A stretch of 64,000 nt of DNA, taken from an uncultured Solirubrobacterales bacterium. GTDB taxonomy: Bacteria > Actinomycetota > Thermoleophilia > Solirubrobacterales > 70-9. Under the pieces are notes generated by a model. That model was not told the origin of the DNA. It saw only the letters and a list, made by a program, of their open reading frames with translations, and ran no database searches. The stretch is from contig CAWGKW010000001.1 in NCBI GenBank assembly GCA_963823275.1, positions 220,969-284,968 on the forward strand. The letters run 5' to 3'. Shown piece after piece: positions 1 through 8,276 of this stretch. Position 1 is the first letter of the stretch. Each line of letters starts with the position of its first letter. The translations under genes were made by a program, and so were the position numbers.

Positions 1-824
1 TTCTCCGCCGCCCTTTGCTTCTTGAGCATCTTCGCGGCGACGTCGGGGACCTTCGCGTAGAGGTCCTCCGGCGGCCGGGCGTACCCATCGTCGCCCTGAA
101 CCTTCGGCAGCTTCACCTGCTCGTAATCAAGCGACTCGAAGGGAACGGTCGTCAGCAGATGGGAGATGCAGTTGATCCGCGCGTTTCGTTTGATGTCGGA
201 CTCGATCACGTGCCAGCGTGCTTCGGGGATGTCAGTGTGCTTGAACATCTCGTCCTTGGCTCGCGAGTAGTCGACCCAGTGGCTGCGTGAGTAGAGGTCG
301 GTGGGGGACAGCTTCCATTGCTTCAGGGGGTCGCCGATCCGAGCCTCGAACCGCCGCGCCTGTTCATGGTCTGAAACCGAGAACCAGTACTTGATCAGGA
401 TGATCCCGTCGTCGACCAGCATCCGCTCGAAGGTCGGGCACTGGCGCAGGAACCGCTGGTGCTCGTCCTCGGTGCAGAAGCCGAGTACCTTCTCGACCCC
501 GCCGCGGTTGTACCAGGAGCGGTCGAAGATCACGACCTCTCCACCGGCCGGCAGATGGGCGATGTAGCGCTGGAAGTACCACTCGGTCTTCTCGCGATCG
601 GATGGAGCGGGGAGTGCGACGGTCCTCACCGAGCGCGGTGAGACCCTCTCGACGATCCGCTTGATCACCCCGCCCTTGCCCGCGGCGTCTCTGCCCTCGA
701 AGACGATCGCCACCCGCTTGTTCTCCCGCCGCACCCAGTCGACCATCTGGATGAGCTGCACCTGGAGGTCGTGGAGCTCACGCTCGTACAGGTCCCGTGG
801 CAGCTTCCTTCTCTTCTTGTTCAT
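1..824 (-). CDS. ppk2: polyphosphate kinase 2 (PPK2); C-terminal end runs off the window
   Basis: Absent from ORF track (no stop in window). My translation from ATG at 824 reads MNKKRRKLPRDLYERELHDLQVQLIQMVDWVRRENKRVAIVFEGRDAAGKGGVIKRI...IFDRSWYNRGGVEKV...WKLSPTDL, carrying the PPK2 Walker-A-like GRDAAGKGG and FDRSWYNR blocks. Confidence 0.85.
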   Translation of the reverse strand, partial: MNKKRRKLPRDLYERELHDLQVQLIQMVDWVRRENKRVAIVFEGRDAAGKGGVIKRIVERVSPRSVRTVALPAPSDREKTEWYFQRYIAHLPAGGEVVIFDRSWYNRGGVEKVLGFCTEDEHQRFLRQCPTFERMLVDDGIILIKYWFSVSDHEQARRFEARIGDPLKQWKLSPTDLYSRSHWVDYSRAKDEMFKHTDIPEARWHVIESDIKRNARINCISHLLTTVPFESLDYEQVKLPKVQGDDGYARPPEDLYAKVPDVAAKMLKKQRAAE

Positions 825-843
825 TCCCAGCCCTTCGATTCGC

Positions 844-1440
844 TCAGATCTCAAAAGTTACGCCGCTCGGGCCGAGGTTGGCGATCTGCGTCGGCCCGAT
901 GGTCGACCGCTCCCCCCAGGCCTCGTGAATATGGCCGCACACTGCCAGCGGCGGCTGGCGGTCCTCGATCGCGGCCAGAATCGCGGTGCTGCCGTAGTGA
1001 CCCCCGTCGGATGCGCGGTCGCAATGGCCGCTCGGCGGCGAGTGGACGACGAGGATTGCGCCCTGCGGGCAGCCTGCCAGGCGCTCCGAGGCCTGCTCCT
1101 CGGACAGGTCGAAGCTCCACTCCCAGGGAGTCGTCGGAATCCCGCCCCCGAGGCCGAAGAAGGTCACGCCGTCGATCTCAGCCGACTCCCCATGCAGCAC
1201 GGTGGCCGCGTTCCAGTCGGCACAGGCCTCGCGAAGGGCCTCCTCGGTTTCATTGTTGCCCGGCACGAGGATCGCCGGCGCGTCGATCGCGGCCAGGGCG
1301 TCGATCGTCTCCTCGAGTCCTTCGTGAACCGAGGCGAAATCTCCGGCTCCGATCACGAGGTCGCAGTCCCGGCTGCGCTCGACCAGCGAGGCGGCCCCGC
1401 CGAGATCGCGATGCAGGTCGCTGAAGGCGAGCATCCTCAC
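844..1440 (-). CDS. calcineurin-like metallophosphoesterase
   Basis: 198-aa ORF with ordered motifs FSDLHRD, GAGDF, VPGNNE, VVHSPP, CGHIHE. GTG 1440 (or ATG 1434) overlaps the upstream stop as GTGA. It ends 20 nt before the ppk2 start. Confidence 0.85.
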   Translation of the reverse strand: MRMLAFSDLHRDLGGAASLVERSRDCDLVIGAGDFASVHEGLEETIDALAAIDAPAILVPGNNETEEALREACADWNAATVLHGESAEIDGVTFFGLGGGIPTTPWEWSFDLSEEQASERLAGCPQGAILVVHSPPSGHCDRASDGGHYGSTAILAAIEDRQPPLAVCGHIHEAWGERSTIGPTQIANLGPSGVTFEI

Positions 1441-1733
1441 GACGGCGAATCGTCTCCGGTCTCGATCTCGAGCTCCCGGACGCGGAGGCGGCCGACGTCG
1501 AGCTCCTCGATCTCGAGCCGCCCAATCGTGGCCCTTCCGACGGCGAGCCTCCCGATCGCGAGCGCCCCGATCGCGGTCGCACCGATCGCCACGGCCGCGA
1601 CGGCGACGGGTGCCGAAACCGTCGGACCCAGCACGGCCGGACCCCTCGCGACGCCCGCCCGTGCCTCGAAGCCCATCCTCTTAACGCCCGGTAGTCGATC
1701 TCGAAGTCCCATTGAATGCTCTGATGAAGCCAT
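1437..1733 (-). CDS. small hypothetical protein with hydrophobic AIGxxAIG repeat and charged RLEIEELDVGRLRVRELEI tail
   Basis: C-terminal part of track ORF 1437..2360. AAGGGG is 5 nt upstream of ATG 1733; an alternative ATG is at 1676. The stop overlaps the phosphoesterase start. Confidence 0.4.
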   Translation of the reverse strand: MASSEHSMGLRDRLPGVKRMGFEARAGVARGPAVLGPTVSAPVAVAAVAIGATAIGALAIGRLAVGRATIGRLEIEELDVGRLRVRELEIETGDDSPS

Positions 1734-1794
1734 CGTTGCCCCTTGTCGGTGTTCAGGAGGATCCTCGCACGTCGGACCCACTAACCTCGGGCGG

Positions 1795-2565
1795 GTGAGC
1801 GAGCCCAGCGGGACGGACCCGACCACAGTCGAAGATCCCAAGCCTGCGCACGCGATCGTCTCCTGCAAGGACCTCAGCCGTCGCTTCGGCGAGGGCGAGG
1901 CGGCCGTCGACGCCCTGCGTGGCGTCAGCCTGGAGTTTCCGGCCGGGGAATTGACCGCGATCGTCGGGCCGTCGGGCTCCGGCAAGTCGACTCTGATGCA
2001 CCTGCTCGCCGGGCTCGACAAGCCCACCGGCGGGGCGGCGTGGATCGACGGTGTCGAGGTGACCTCGCTCGACGACAAGGGCCTGACGAAGCTGCGAAGG
2101 GAGAAGCTCGGATTCATCTTCCAGTTCTTCAACCTGGTCCCGGTGCTCAACGCCGCCGAGAACGTCGAGTTGCCTATGCGGATCGCCGGCCATGACGCCG
2201 ACCCGGCCTGGCGCGACCAGCTGCTGGAGACCGTCGGCCTCTCCGGCCGCGCCTCCCACCGTCCCGCCGAGCTCTCCGGTGGAGAGCAGCAGCGGGTGGC
2301 CATCGCCCGGGCTCTGATCTCACATCCGGCGGTGGTCTTCGCTGACGAGCCCACCGGCAACCTGGATTCGACGTCCGGCGGCGGGGTGCTCGACCTGTTG
2401 CGCAGGTCGGTCGACGATCTCGGTCAGACCGTCGTCATCGTCACGCACGACCCCAAGGTGGCCGCCTACGCCGACCGCGTCATCGTCCTCGCCGATGGAC
2501 AGGTCGCGGCCGACCGGAAGGTGAAGGGCGAAGACGACGTCATCGACCTGATGCGGGACCTCTAG
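1795..2565 (+). CDS. ABC transporter ATP-binding protein, MacB/LolD/FtsE-like
   Basis: Walker A GPSGSGKST, signature LSGGEQQR, Walker B VVFADEPTGNLD. I start it at in-frame GTG 1795, because the upstream part of ORF 661..2565 is antisense to other genes. Confidence 0.9.
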   Translation: MSEPSGTDPTTVEDPKPAHAIVSCKDLSRRFGEGEAAVDALRGVSLEFPAGELTAIVGPSGSGKSTLMHLLAGLDKPTGGAAWIDGVEVTSLDDKGLTKLRREKLGFIFQFFNLVPVLNAAENVELPMRIAGHDADPAWRDQLLETVGLSGRASHRPAELSGGEQQRVAIARALISHPAVVFADEPTGNLDSTSGGGVLDLLRRSVDDLGQTVVIVTHDPKVAAYADRVIVLADGQVAADRKVKGEDDVIDLMRDL

Positions 2566-2583
2566 ATGGGAAGGGCCACCTAG

Positions 2584-5163
2584 ATGCTCAGCCTCGCGCT
2601 TCGCGGGCTGGCGTCACGCAAGCTGCGGGCGGCCCTGACGACCTTCGCGATCCTGCTCGGGGTGGCGATGGTCGCCGGTACATTCATGCTGAAGGGGTCG
2701 GTCGACAAGGCATTCGACGACATCTTCGCCGAGGCCAACGCCGGGATCGACGTCACGATCCAGCCGAAGTCCGCTTTCGACAGCGGCTTCGACCTTCCCG
2801 AGTCCGGTGCCGCGTTGCCCGAGTCGCTGGTTGAGAAGGTTGCCGGGATCGACGGCGTCGAGAAGGCGACGGGCGGAATCTCCGACCCGGCCGCGATCGC
2901 GATCCTGGACGAGAACGGCGACCGGATCGGCCCCGCAGGTGGCGGCCCACCCCAGATCGCGGGGAGCGTTCAGCCCGAGCCGTTCAACCCCTTCACCTGG
3001 ATCGAAGGCTCGCCGCCGGCCACCTCCGACGAGGTCGGGATCGACTCGATCACCGCCGAAGAGGAGGGCTACGAGGTTGGCCAGCCGATCAGGATCAGCG
3101 GCCTCCGCGGGGCCAAGGAGTACACGCTCTCGGGGGTCGGCCAGTTCGGCTCCGGTGTACCTCTCGGCGGAGCGAGCTTCGCGCTGTTCACCCTGCCGGA
3201 GGCCCAGGCGATCACCGGCAAGGAGGGGGAGCTGGACGAGATCCTCGTCGAGGCCTCCGACGGCGTCACCCCCGATGAGCTCTCGAGCCGGATCAACGCG
3301 ATCCTGCCCGAGACCGCCGAGGCCCAGACCGGCTCCGAAGAAGCCGCTCAGCAGTCCGCCGACATCAAGGACGGCTTCGGCTTCCTGACCACCTTCCTCC
3401 TCGTCTTCGCGGGGATCTCGGTCTTCGTCGGCGCTTTCCTGATCTTCAACACGTTCTCGATCACGGTCGCCCAGCGAACCCGCGAGTTCGGGATGCTGCG
3501 GACCCTCGGGGCGTCCTCGCGCCAGGTGCTCACGACCGTGTTCGCCGAGGCTCTCGTCCTCGGCGTCTTCGCCTCGATCCTCGGCATCTTCGCCGGGCTC
3601 GGATTCGTCGCCCTGGTCACAAGCGCGTTCAAGGCGATGGGATTCGAGCTGCCCCAGTCGGGGATCGTCATCACGCCGGCCTCGGTGATCGTGCCGATGA
3701 TCGTCGGGGTCGTCGCCACGCTTGGATCCTCGATCGTGCCGGCGCTCCGGGCGACCAGGGTCACCCCGCTGGAGGCGCTCCGTGACGGAGGTCAGGGAAG
3801 CGAGACCACGAGCGGCCGCCGGGTCTGGATCGCGCGCGCTCTCGTGCTTGCCGGGATCGCCGCCCTCGCCGGTGGACTCTTCGGGACCTCGTCGTTCGGA
3901 TCGGCGCTGCTGCTGCTCGGCGTCGGGCTGATTCTGCTCTTCGTCGGAATCGCGATGCTCGCCGGGACCCTGATCGCGCCCCTGGCATCCCTCGTCGGCA
4001 GGCCGATCGAGCGGCTCCGCGGGGTGACCGGTCGTCTCGCGCGGGAGAACACGCTCCGCAACCCGAGCCGGACCGCCACGACATCCGCCGCGTTGATGAT
4101 CGGAGTTGCACTGGTCGTCTTCGCCGCCGTATTCGCCTCCTCGGCGACCAAGTCGGTCGGCGACGCGCTCGATGAGACGTTCGCGGGTGATCTGACGATC
4201 TCCAACACCGACGGCTTCTCGCCGATCTCCCCCGATATCGCTCGCCAGGTCGAGGGAATCGAGGGCGTCGAGACGGTCTCGCCAATCGCGGGGGCGCCGG
4301 CCGAGGCACAGCTCTCGACTCCGACGAAGGCGCTCGTGACCGGCCTTGATCCCGCCACGCTGACGAAGGTCGCCAAGCTCGACTGGGTCGACGGCTCCGA
4401 CGAGACCCTGACGGGGCTGGCCCCGGACGAAGCGATCGTGGAATCCCAGTGGGCTGAGGACAACGGCGTCGCCGTCGGGGACGAGCTGACGCTCAAGACC
4501 ACGACCGGCGACGAGGTGGCCGTACGGATCGAGGGCAGCGTTCGTGACCGCGTTCAGCTGCTGGTCTCGACCGTCGCCCTCCCGATTACCACGCTGCGGG
4601 ACCGCTTCGATGCCCGCCAGGACTTCGCCGATCTGATCGGCTTCACGCCCGGTGCCGATGCCGACGCGACCCGCGATCAGATCGACAAGCTGCTCGAGGA
4701 TCGTTTTCCGCAGGCGCAGGCGCAGGATCAGCAGGAACTCAAACAGCAGCAGGAGGATGGGATCAATCAGCTGCTCGCCCTGATCTACGTGCTGTTGGCG
4801 CTCTCGGTGATCGTCAGCCTCTTCGGCGTCGTCAACACGCTGGTGCTGACCATCTACGAGCGGACTCGTGAGATTGGGATGCTGCGGGCGATCGGCGCCT
4901 CGCGGTCGCAGATCCGCAGGATGGTCCGCTACGAGTCGCTGATCACGGCGATGATCGGCGCGATCATCGGCTCGGCGATCGGGCTCCTGATCGCGATCGC
5001 TGCGGTCGAGGCGTTGAAGGACGACGGGCTCGTCCTCGGGATCCCCGTCGTGGGGATCATCATCGTCCTGCTCGCCTCCGGCGTCGCCGGGGTGATCGCG
5101 GGAATCTGGCCGGCGCGAAGGGCCTCGAAGATCGAGGTCATGGAGGCGCTTCAGTACGAGTAG
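2584..5163 (+). CDS. ABC transporter permease with duplicated FtsX/MacB-type domains
   Basis: 859-aa ORF with two TM bundles, each preceded by a large extracytoplasmic segment. It starts 19 nt after the ATPase stop. Confidence 0.85.
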   Translation: MLSLALRGLASRKLRAALTTFAILLGVAMVAGTFMLKGSVDKAFDDIFAEANAGIDVTIQPKSAFDSGFDLPESGAALPESLVEKVAGIDGVEKATGGISDPAAIAILDENGDRIGPAGGGPPQIAGSVQPEPFNPFTWIEGSPPATSDEVGIDSITAEEEGYEVGQPIRISGLRGAKEYTLSGVGQFGSGVPLGGASFALFTLPEAQAITGKEGELDEILVEASDGVTPDELSSRINAILPETAEAQTGSEEAAQQSADIKDGFGFLTTFLLVFAGISVFVGAFLIFNTFSITVAQRTREFGMLRTLGASSRQVLTTVFAEALVLGVFASILGIFAGLGFVALVTSAFKAMGFELPQSGIVITPASVIVPMIVGVVATLGSSIVPALRATRVTPLEALRDGGQGSETTSGRRVWIARALVLAGIAALAGGLFGTSSFGSALLLLGVGLILLFVGIAMLAGTLIAPLASLVGRPIERLRGVTGRLARENTLRNPSRTATTSAALMIGVALVVFAAVFASSATKSVGDALDETFAGDLTISNTDGFSPISPDIARQVEGIEGVETVSPIAGAPAEAQLSTPTKALVTGLDPATLTKVAKLDWVDGSDETLTGLAPDEAIVESQWAEDNGVAVGDELTLKTTTGDEVAVRIEGSVRDRVQLLVSTVALPITTLRDRFDARQDFADLIGFTPGADADATRDQIDKLLEDRFPQAQAQDQQELKQQQEDGINQLLALIYVLLALSVIVSLFGVVNTLVLTIYERTREIGMLRAIGASRSQIRRMVRYESLITAMIGAIIGSAIGLLIAIAAVEALKDDGLVLGIPVVGIIIVLLASGVAGVIAGIWPARRASKIEVMEALQYE

Positions 5164-5173
5164 CGTTCCCGCC

Positions 5174-5659
5174 GTGGGAACCGAGATCGAGCGTAAGTTT
5201 CTCCTCACCGAGCCACCTGAGTGGCTCGGTGAGTGCCCGTCGCGGCGGATCGAGCAGGGTTACCTGGCGCTCGAGAACGACGTGGAGGTGCGTCTGCGCA
5301 GGCTTGGCGACGAGTTCAGGCTGACCGTCAAGAGTGGGCGCGGGCTCTCCAGAAGCGAGACCGAGGTCGAGCTGAGCGGCGAGCAGTTCGAGGGACTCTG
5401 GCCGGTGACGGAGGGGCGGCGGATCGTCAAGCGGCGCTACCTTCGTCCCGCCGACGAGGGGACCTTCGAGATCGACGTCTTCGATGGCGGCTTGACCGGC
5501 TTTGTGATGGCTGAGATGGAATTCGACTCCGAGGAGGCGAGTGAGGTCTTCGAACCGCCGGCATGGCTCGGCGATGAGGTGACCGGTGACCAGCGGTATG
5601 CGAATCGGAGCCTCGCCACCCGCGGGCTGCCGGTCAGGTCGGCTGAGGATCGAGATTGA
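5174..5659 (+). CDS. CYTH domain protein (triphosphate tunnel metalloenzyme family)
   Basis: N-terminal GTEIERKFLL (ExExK signature), 161 aa. It starts 11 nt after the permease stop. Confidence 0.8.
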   Translation: MGTEIERKFLLTEPPEWLGECPSRRIEQGYLALENDVEVRLRRLGDEFRLTVKSGRGLSRSETEVELSGEQFEGLWPVTEGRRIVKRRYLRPADEGTFEIDVFDGGLTGFVMAEMEFDSEEASEVFEPPAWLGDEVTGDQRYANRSLATRGLPVRSAEDRD

Positions 5660-6278
5660 AGGTCCTCGCCGCCCCGGGCCTGACCCGGTAGTGCTCGTCC
5701 ACGTAGGCGACGTTGGCGAGCGTCGATCCTCCCCGTTCCCAGAGGCCGTAGGCCTCGTGGATGTGGCCGAAGACGCACAGCCTCGGGGTAACCTCGGCGA
5801 GCCGCTCGGCGAGGAAACGGCAGCCGACCTCGACCCCGTCGACCAATCTGTCGCCCGTTCCCCGGGGCGGTCCGTGGGAGATCAGGACGTCGACCCGCGG
5901 GATCAGCGCCACCGTCGCAGCCCTCGCCTCGTCGTCGGCGTAGAAGGCCCAGCGGGGGAGGTTGGGGACCCAGGGAGTTCCGTGGAAGCTCAGCCCGCCC
6001 GCTGCCGTGCTCTCGTCGAGCAGGTAGGTGCCGCGGCCGCCGGGAGTCCAGCCGTCGCTCTGGCAGACGAAGTCGTGGTTGCCGGCGATCCAGACGATCT
6101 CGGGATGGGGGAGGGATTCCAGCCACGGGTAGAAGTCCCCGTCGAGCCAACCGCCCTGGTGGGCGATCGAGTGATCGGCGAGCGGGCAGATGTCTCCGGC
6201 GATCACGAGGACGTCTCCCTCGGGTAGATCGGTGGGCAGGTGACCGTGGAGGTCGGCGACCGCGACCACGCGTGTCAT
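5634..6278 (-). CDS. calcineurin-like metallophosphoesterase
   Basis: Motifs VADLHGH, IAGDI, AGNHD, ISHGPP, FGHIHE. Convergent with CYTH, overlapping it by 26 nt. Confidence 0.85.
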   Translation of the reverse strand: MTRVVAVADLHGHLPTDLPEGDVLVIAGDICPLADHSIAHQGGWLDGDFYPWLESLPHPEIVWIAGNHDFVCQSDGWTPGGRGTYLLDESTAAGGLSFHGTPWVPNLPRWAFYADDEARAATVALIPRVDVLISHGPPRGTGDRLVDGVEVGCRFLAERLAEVTPRLCVFGHIHEAYGLWERGGSTLANVAYVDEHYRVRPGAARTFNLDPQPT

Positions 6279-6281
6279 GGC

Positions 6282-7265
6282 TCAGATGAGCTGCGCGGCG
6301 GCTCGGAGCGTCGCCTCGAAGTCGGACGTCGGCACCGGGCTGACACCGGGAGAGGTCGCGCCGGCATCGAGGTAGCGGCTGACGGCGTCGCGCACGTCCT
6401 CTGCGGAGCCGAAGCCGCCGAGAGAGTCGAGCATCGGCTCGCTCATCGCCGCCTTGCCCGCCTCGATATCGCCGTCGCCGACCCCGGCGTCGAAGCCGGC
6501 GATCTCCCCTCCGAATCCCGAGCGCTCGAGCATCGAACGGTAGAAGGGGAGGGAGAGGTAGGTGACGAGATCGGAGCGCATCCGGTTCAGGGTCGCCTCC
6601 CGGTCGGCGGTCACGGCGGATGGCACCGCCGGGACGATGTCGAAGCCCTCGAGGGTCTTTCCAGCCCGCTCCCGCCCCTTCGCAACCTCCGGGATGACGA
6701 CGTCGCGCAGGTACGGGGGATCGCAGAGCCAGAGCAGGACGCCGTCGCCGATCTCACCGGCGAGCTGGAGCATGTTGGGGGAGAGCGCGGCGATGTAGAT
6801 CGGGAGATCGGGGCGGACGTCGTAGCCCATGAAGCGGAACTGGGTCGGCCACTTGCGATCGCTCCCACCGGAGGGGTCCTCGCCCCTGAACATCGCCCGC
6901 ATGGCCTCGACGTATTCGCGCATCTCGGTCACCGGCTTGTCGATCGTCTGCCCGTACCAGCCCTCGACCGTGATCCGATGGGAGACGCCGACGCCGAGCA
7001 CCATCCGGCCCCCGGAGATCTCGTCGATCGTGGCAGCGGTCTGAGCGGTGGAGGCCGGAGTCCGCGAGTAGATCGGCAGCACGCCGGTGCCCAGCCTTAT
7101 CCGCTCGGTATTGGCGGCGTAGGCGGTCAGGACGGTCAGCGAGTCCCGGCCGGCGATGTGGGTCACGTACGTGGAGTCGTATCCGAGCGACTCGGCCAGC
7201 TGCACGCGCTCGATCGCCTGGTCGAGGGAGCGGCCGGCCGAGATGAATGTGCCGATTCCTGCCAT
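6282..7265 (-). CDS. luciferase-like monooxygenase (LLM) class, probably F420-dependent oxidoreductase
   Basis: 327 aa. The N-terminal pattern AESLGYDS...RIRLGTGVLPIYSRTPA...SGGRMVLGVGVSH is typical of the LLM family. Confidence 0.8.
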   Translation of the reverse strand: MAGIGTFISAGRSLDQAIERVQLAESLGYDSTYVTHIAGRDSLTVLTAYAANTERIRLGTGVLPIYSRTPASTAQTAATIDEISGGRMVLGVGVSHRITVEGWYGQTIDKPVTEMREYVEAMRAMFRGEDPSGGSDRKWPTQFRFMGYDVRPDLPIYIAALSPNMLQLAGEIGDGVLLWLCDPPYLRDVVIPEVAKGRERAGKTLEGFDIVPAVPSAVTADREATLNRMRSDLVTYLSLPFYRSMLERSGFGGEIAGFDAGVGDGDIEAGKAAMSEPMLDSLGGFGSAEDVRDAVSRYLDAGATSPGVSPVPTSDFEATLRAAAQLI

Positions 7266-7292
7266 TCCGATGTGTATAGCCCATGTTCGAGA

Positions 7293-7375
7293 GGGGGGTC
7301 GGGCGGCAGGGGCACCGCCTCCGCACTCGCTTCGCTCCCGCTGAGTGTCGGCGGCACCCCAACCGCCCGACCCCC
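7293..7375 (+). repeat. family-1 intergenic palindromic repeat, copy 1 (83 nt)
   Basis: GGGGGGTCGGGCGG...CCGCCTCCGCACTCGCTTCGCTCCCGCTGAGTGTCGGCG...CCGCCCGACCCCC. The core is shared with 22559-22641 and, inverted, with 51820-51903. It lies 2 nt past the stop of the 7378..8193 gene. Confidence 0.85.
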
Positions 7376-7377
7376 TG

Positions 7378-8193
7378 TCAGCGCGGCCGGTGGCCGAGTT
7401 GCAGCTGCTTGGCCAGGGTCAGGGTGGAGGGGGTCAGCTCTGTTGGTTTCAGGGTGTAGGTGGTTGCGAGGGTGGTGCGCAGGGCTGCCATCGTCCGCTC
7501 GATCAGGGGGTCGGGATCGTTGGTTGGGAGGGTCTCGTCGGATTCGCCGGTCTCCGCGGCCACGCTTCCGGTTGTCCCGGGTGCCCAGTCGAGCTCCAGC
7601 GCCTTGTAGATCGGCTCCAGGACGGTGCGGATCCGTTCGGCGCCGCGAACGACGATCACCGCGCCGACGTGGGCCCCGCCGCCGACGACGCGCTGGCCGA
7701 CTCCGGCGATCTTGCTGGCGCCGCGGGCGTTGACGCTGAACTCCCCGGGGCAGTACTCACCCGCCACCTCGCCGATCCGCGCATCGACGCCGACCCCGAT
7801 CAGGGCGTCGGCGATCGTGGCCGCCATCGCCTCGAACCGCCCCCGGGTCCCCGAGTAGGCGCCCGAGTGGCCGGTCGCCCGAGCCGCCAGCGAGAACGAG
7901 ATCGTCCCCTCGTGGAAGACCGCGGCCCGCCCTCCGGCGAGGCGCACGACCGGCTCATAGCCGGCTTCCCGGGCCAGCTCGACGGCGCGGTGGTAGCCGG
8001 GGTGGAGGCGGTCGAGCCGGCCGAAGGCGAGGATCGGCCCCGTCCGGTGCAGGCGGATCGTCGGGGCGAGCTCGCCGCGGACGACCTGGCGCATCAGAGC
8101 GGCCGAGATCCCGGTGTCGAGGCAGCCGTCTTCAGGGAAGGGGGTCTCGATCAGGCGGATCGAGGGCTTCGCTTGGGTTCCGGTGCTGCTCAA
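7378..8193 (-). CDS. lipoate-protein ligase family protein (BPL/LplA/LipB domain)
   Basis: 271 aa with RLAGGRAAVFHEGTISFSLA and NARGASKIAGVGQRV blocks, typical of lipoyl/octanoyl transferase-ligase catalytic domains. Confidence 0.75.
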   Translation of the reverse strand: MSSTGTQAKPSIRLIETPFPEDGCLDTGISAALMRQVVRGELAPTIRLHRTGPILAFGRLDRLHPGYHRAVELAREAGYEPVVRLAGGRAAVFHEGTISFSLAARATGHSGAYSGTRGRFEAMAATIADALIGVGVDARIGEVAGEYCPGEFSVNARGASKIAGVGQRVVGGGAHVGAVIVVRGAERIRTVLEPIYKALELDWAPGTTGSVAAETGESDETLPTNDPDPLIERTMAALRTTLATTYTLKPTELTPSTLTLAKQLQLGHRPR

Positions 8194-8231
8194 GATGAAG
8201 TGTTAAGGAAGTATGAATTATCCATTGCATT

Positions 8232-8247
8232 TGTGACGAGGCTCACA
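8232..8247. promoter_or_regulatory. perfect CRP/FNR-type palindrome TGTGA-CGAGGC-TCACA
   Basis: Read directly in the locally AT-rich intergenic region upstream of the Rpf-like gene. Confidence 0.6.
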
Positions 8248-8276
8248 CATAAAGTCCTCCGAGACCGGGATCGTTT

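Noticed and set aside
661-1794. N-terminal 378 codons of track ORF 661..2565, which would make a 634-aa ABC ATPase.
   Set aside because: This part is antisense to PPK2, the phosphoesterase and the small ORF, and is S/R/P-rich. The ABC domain begins just after the in-frame GTG at 1795.
2614-5208. 864-aa ORF antisense to the MacB-type permease. Similar long antisense ORFs include 42467..45400, 59812..62022, 52447..54711 and 57670..59544.
   Set aside because: The composition is R/D/G/P-rich and low-complexity, with no recognisable motifs. The opposite strand in each case encodes a protein with clear family signatures. This is the typical high-GC open-frame artefact.
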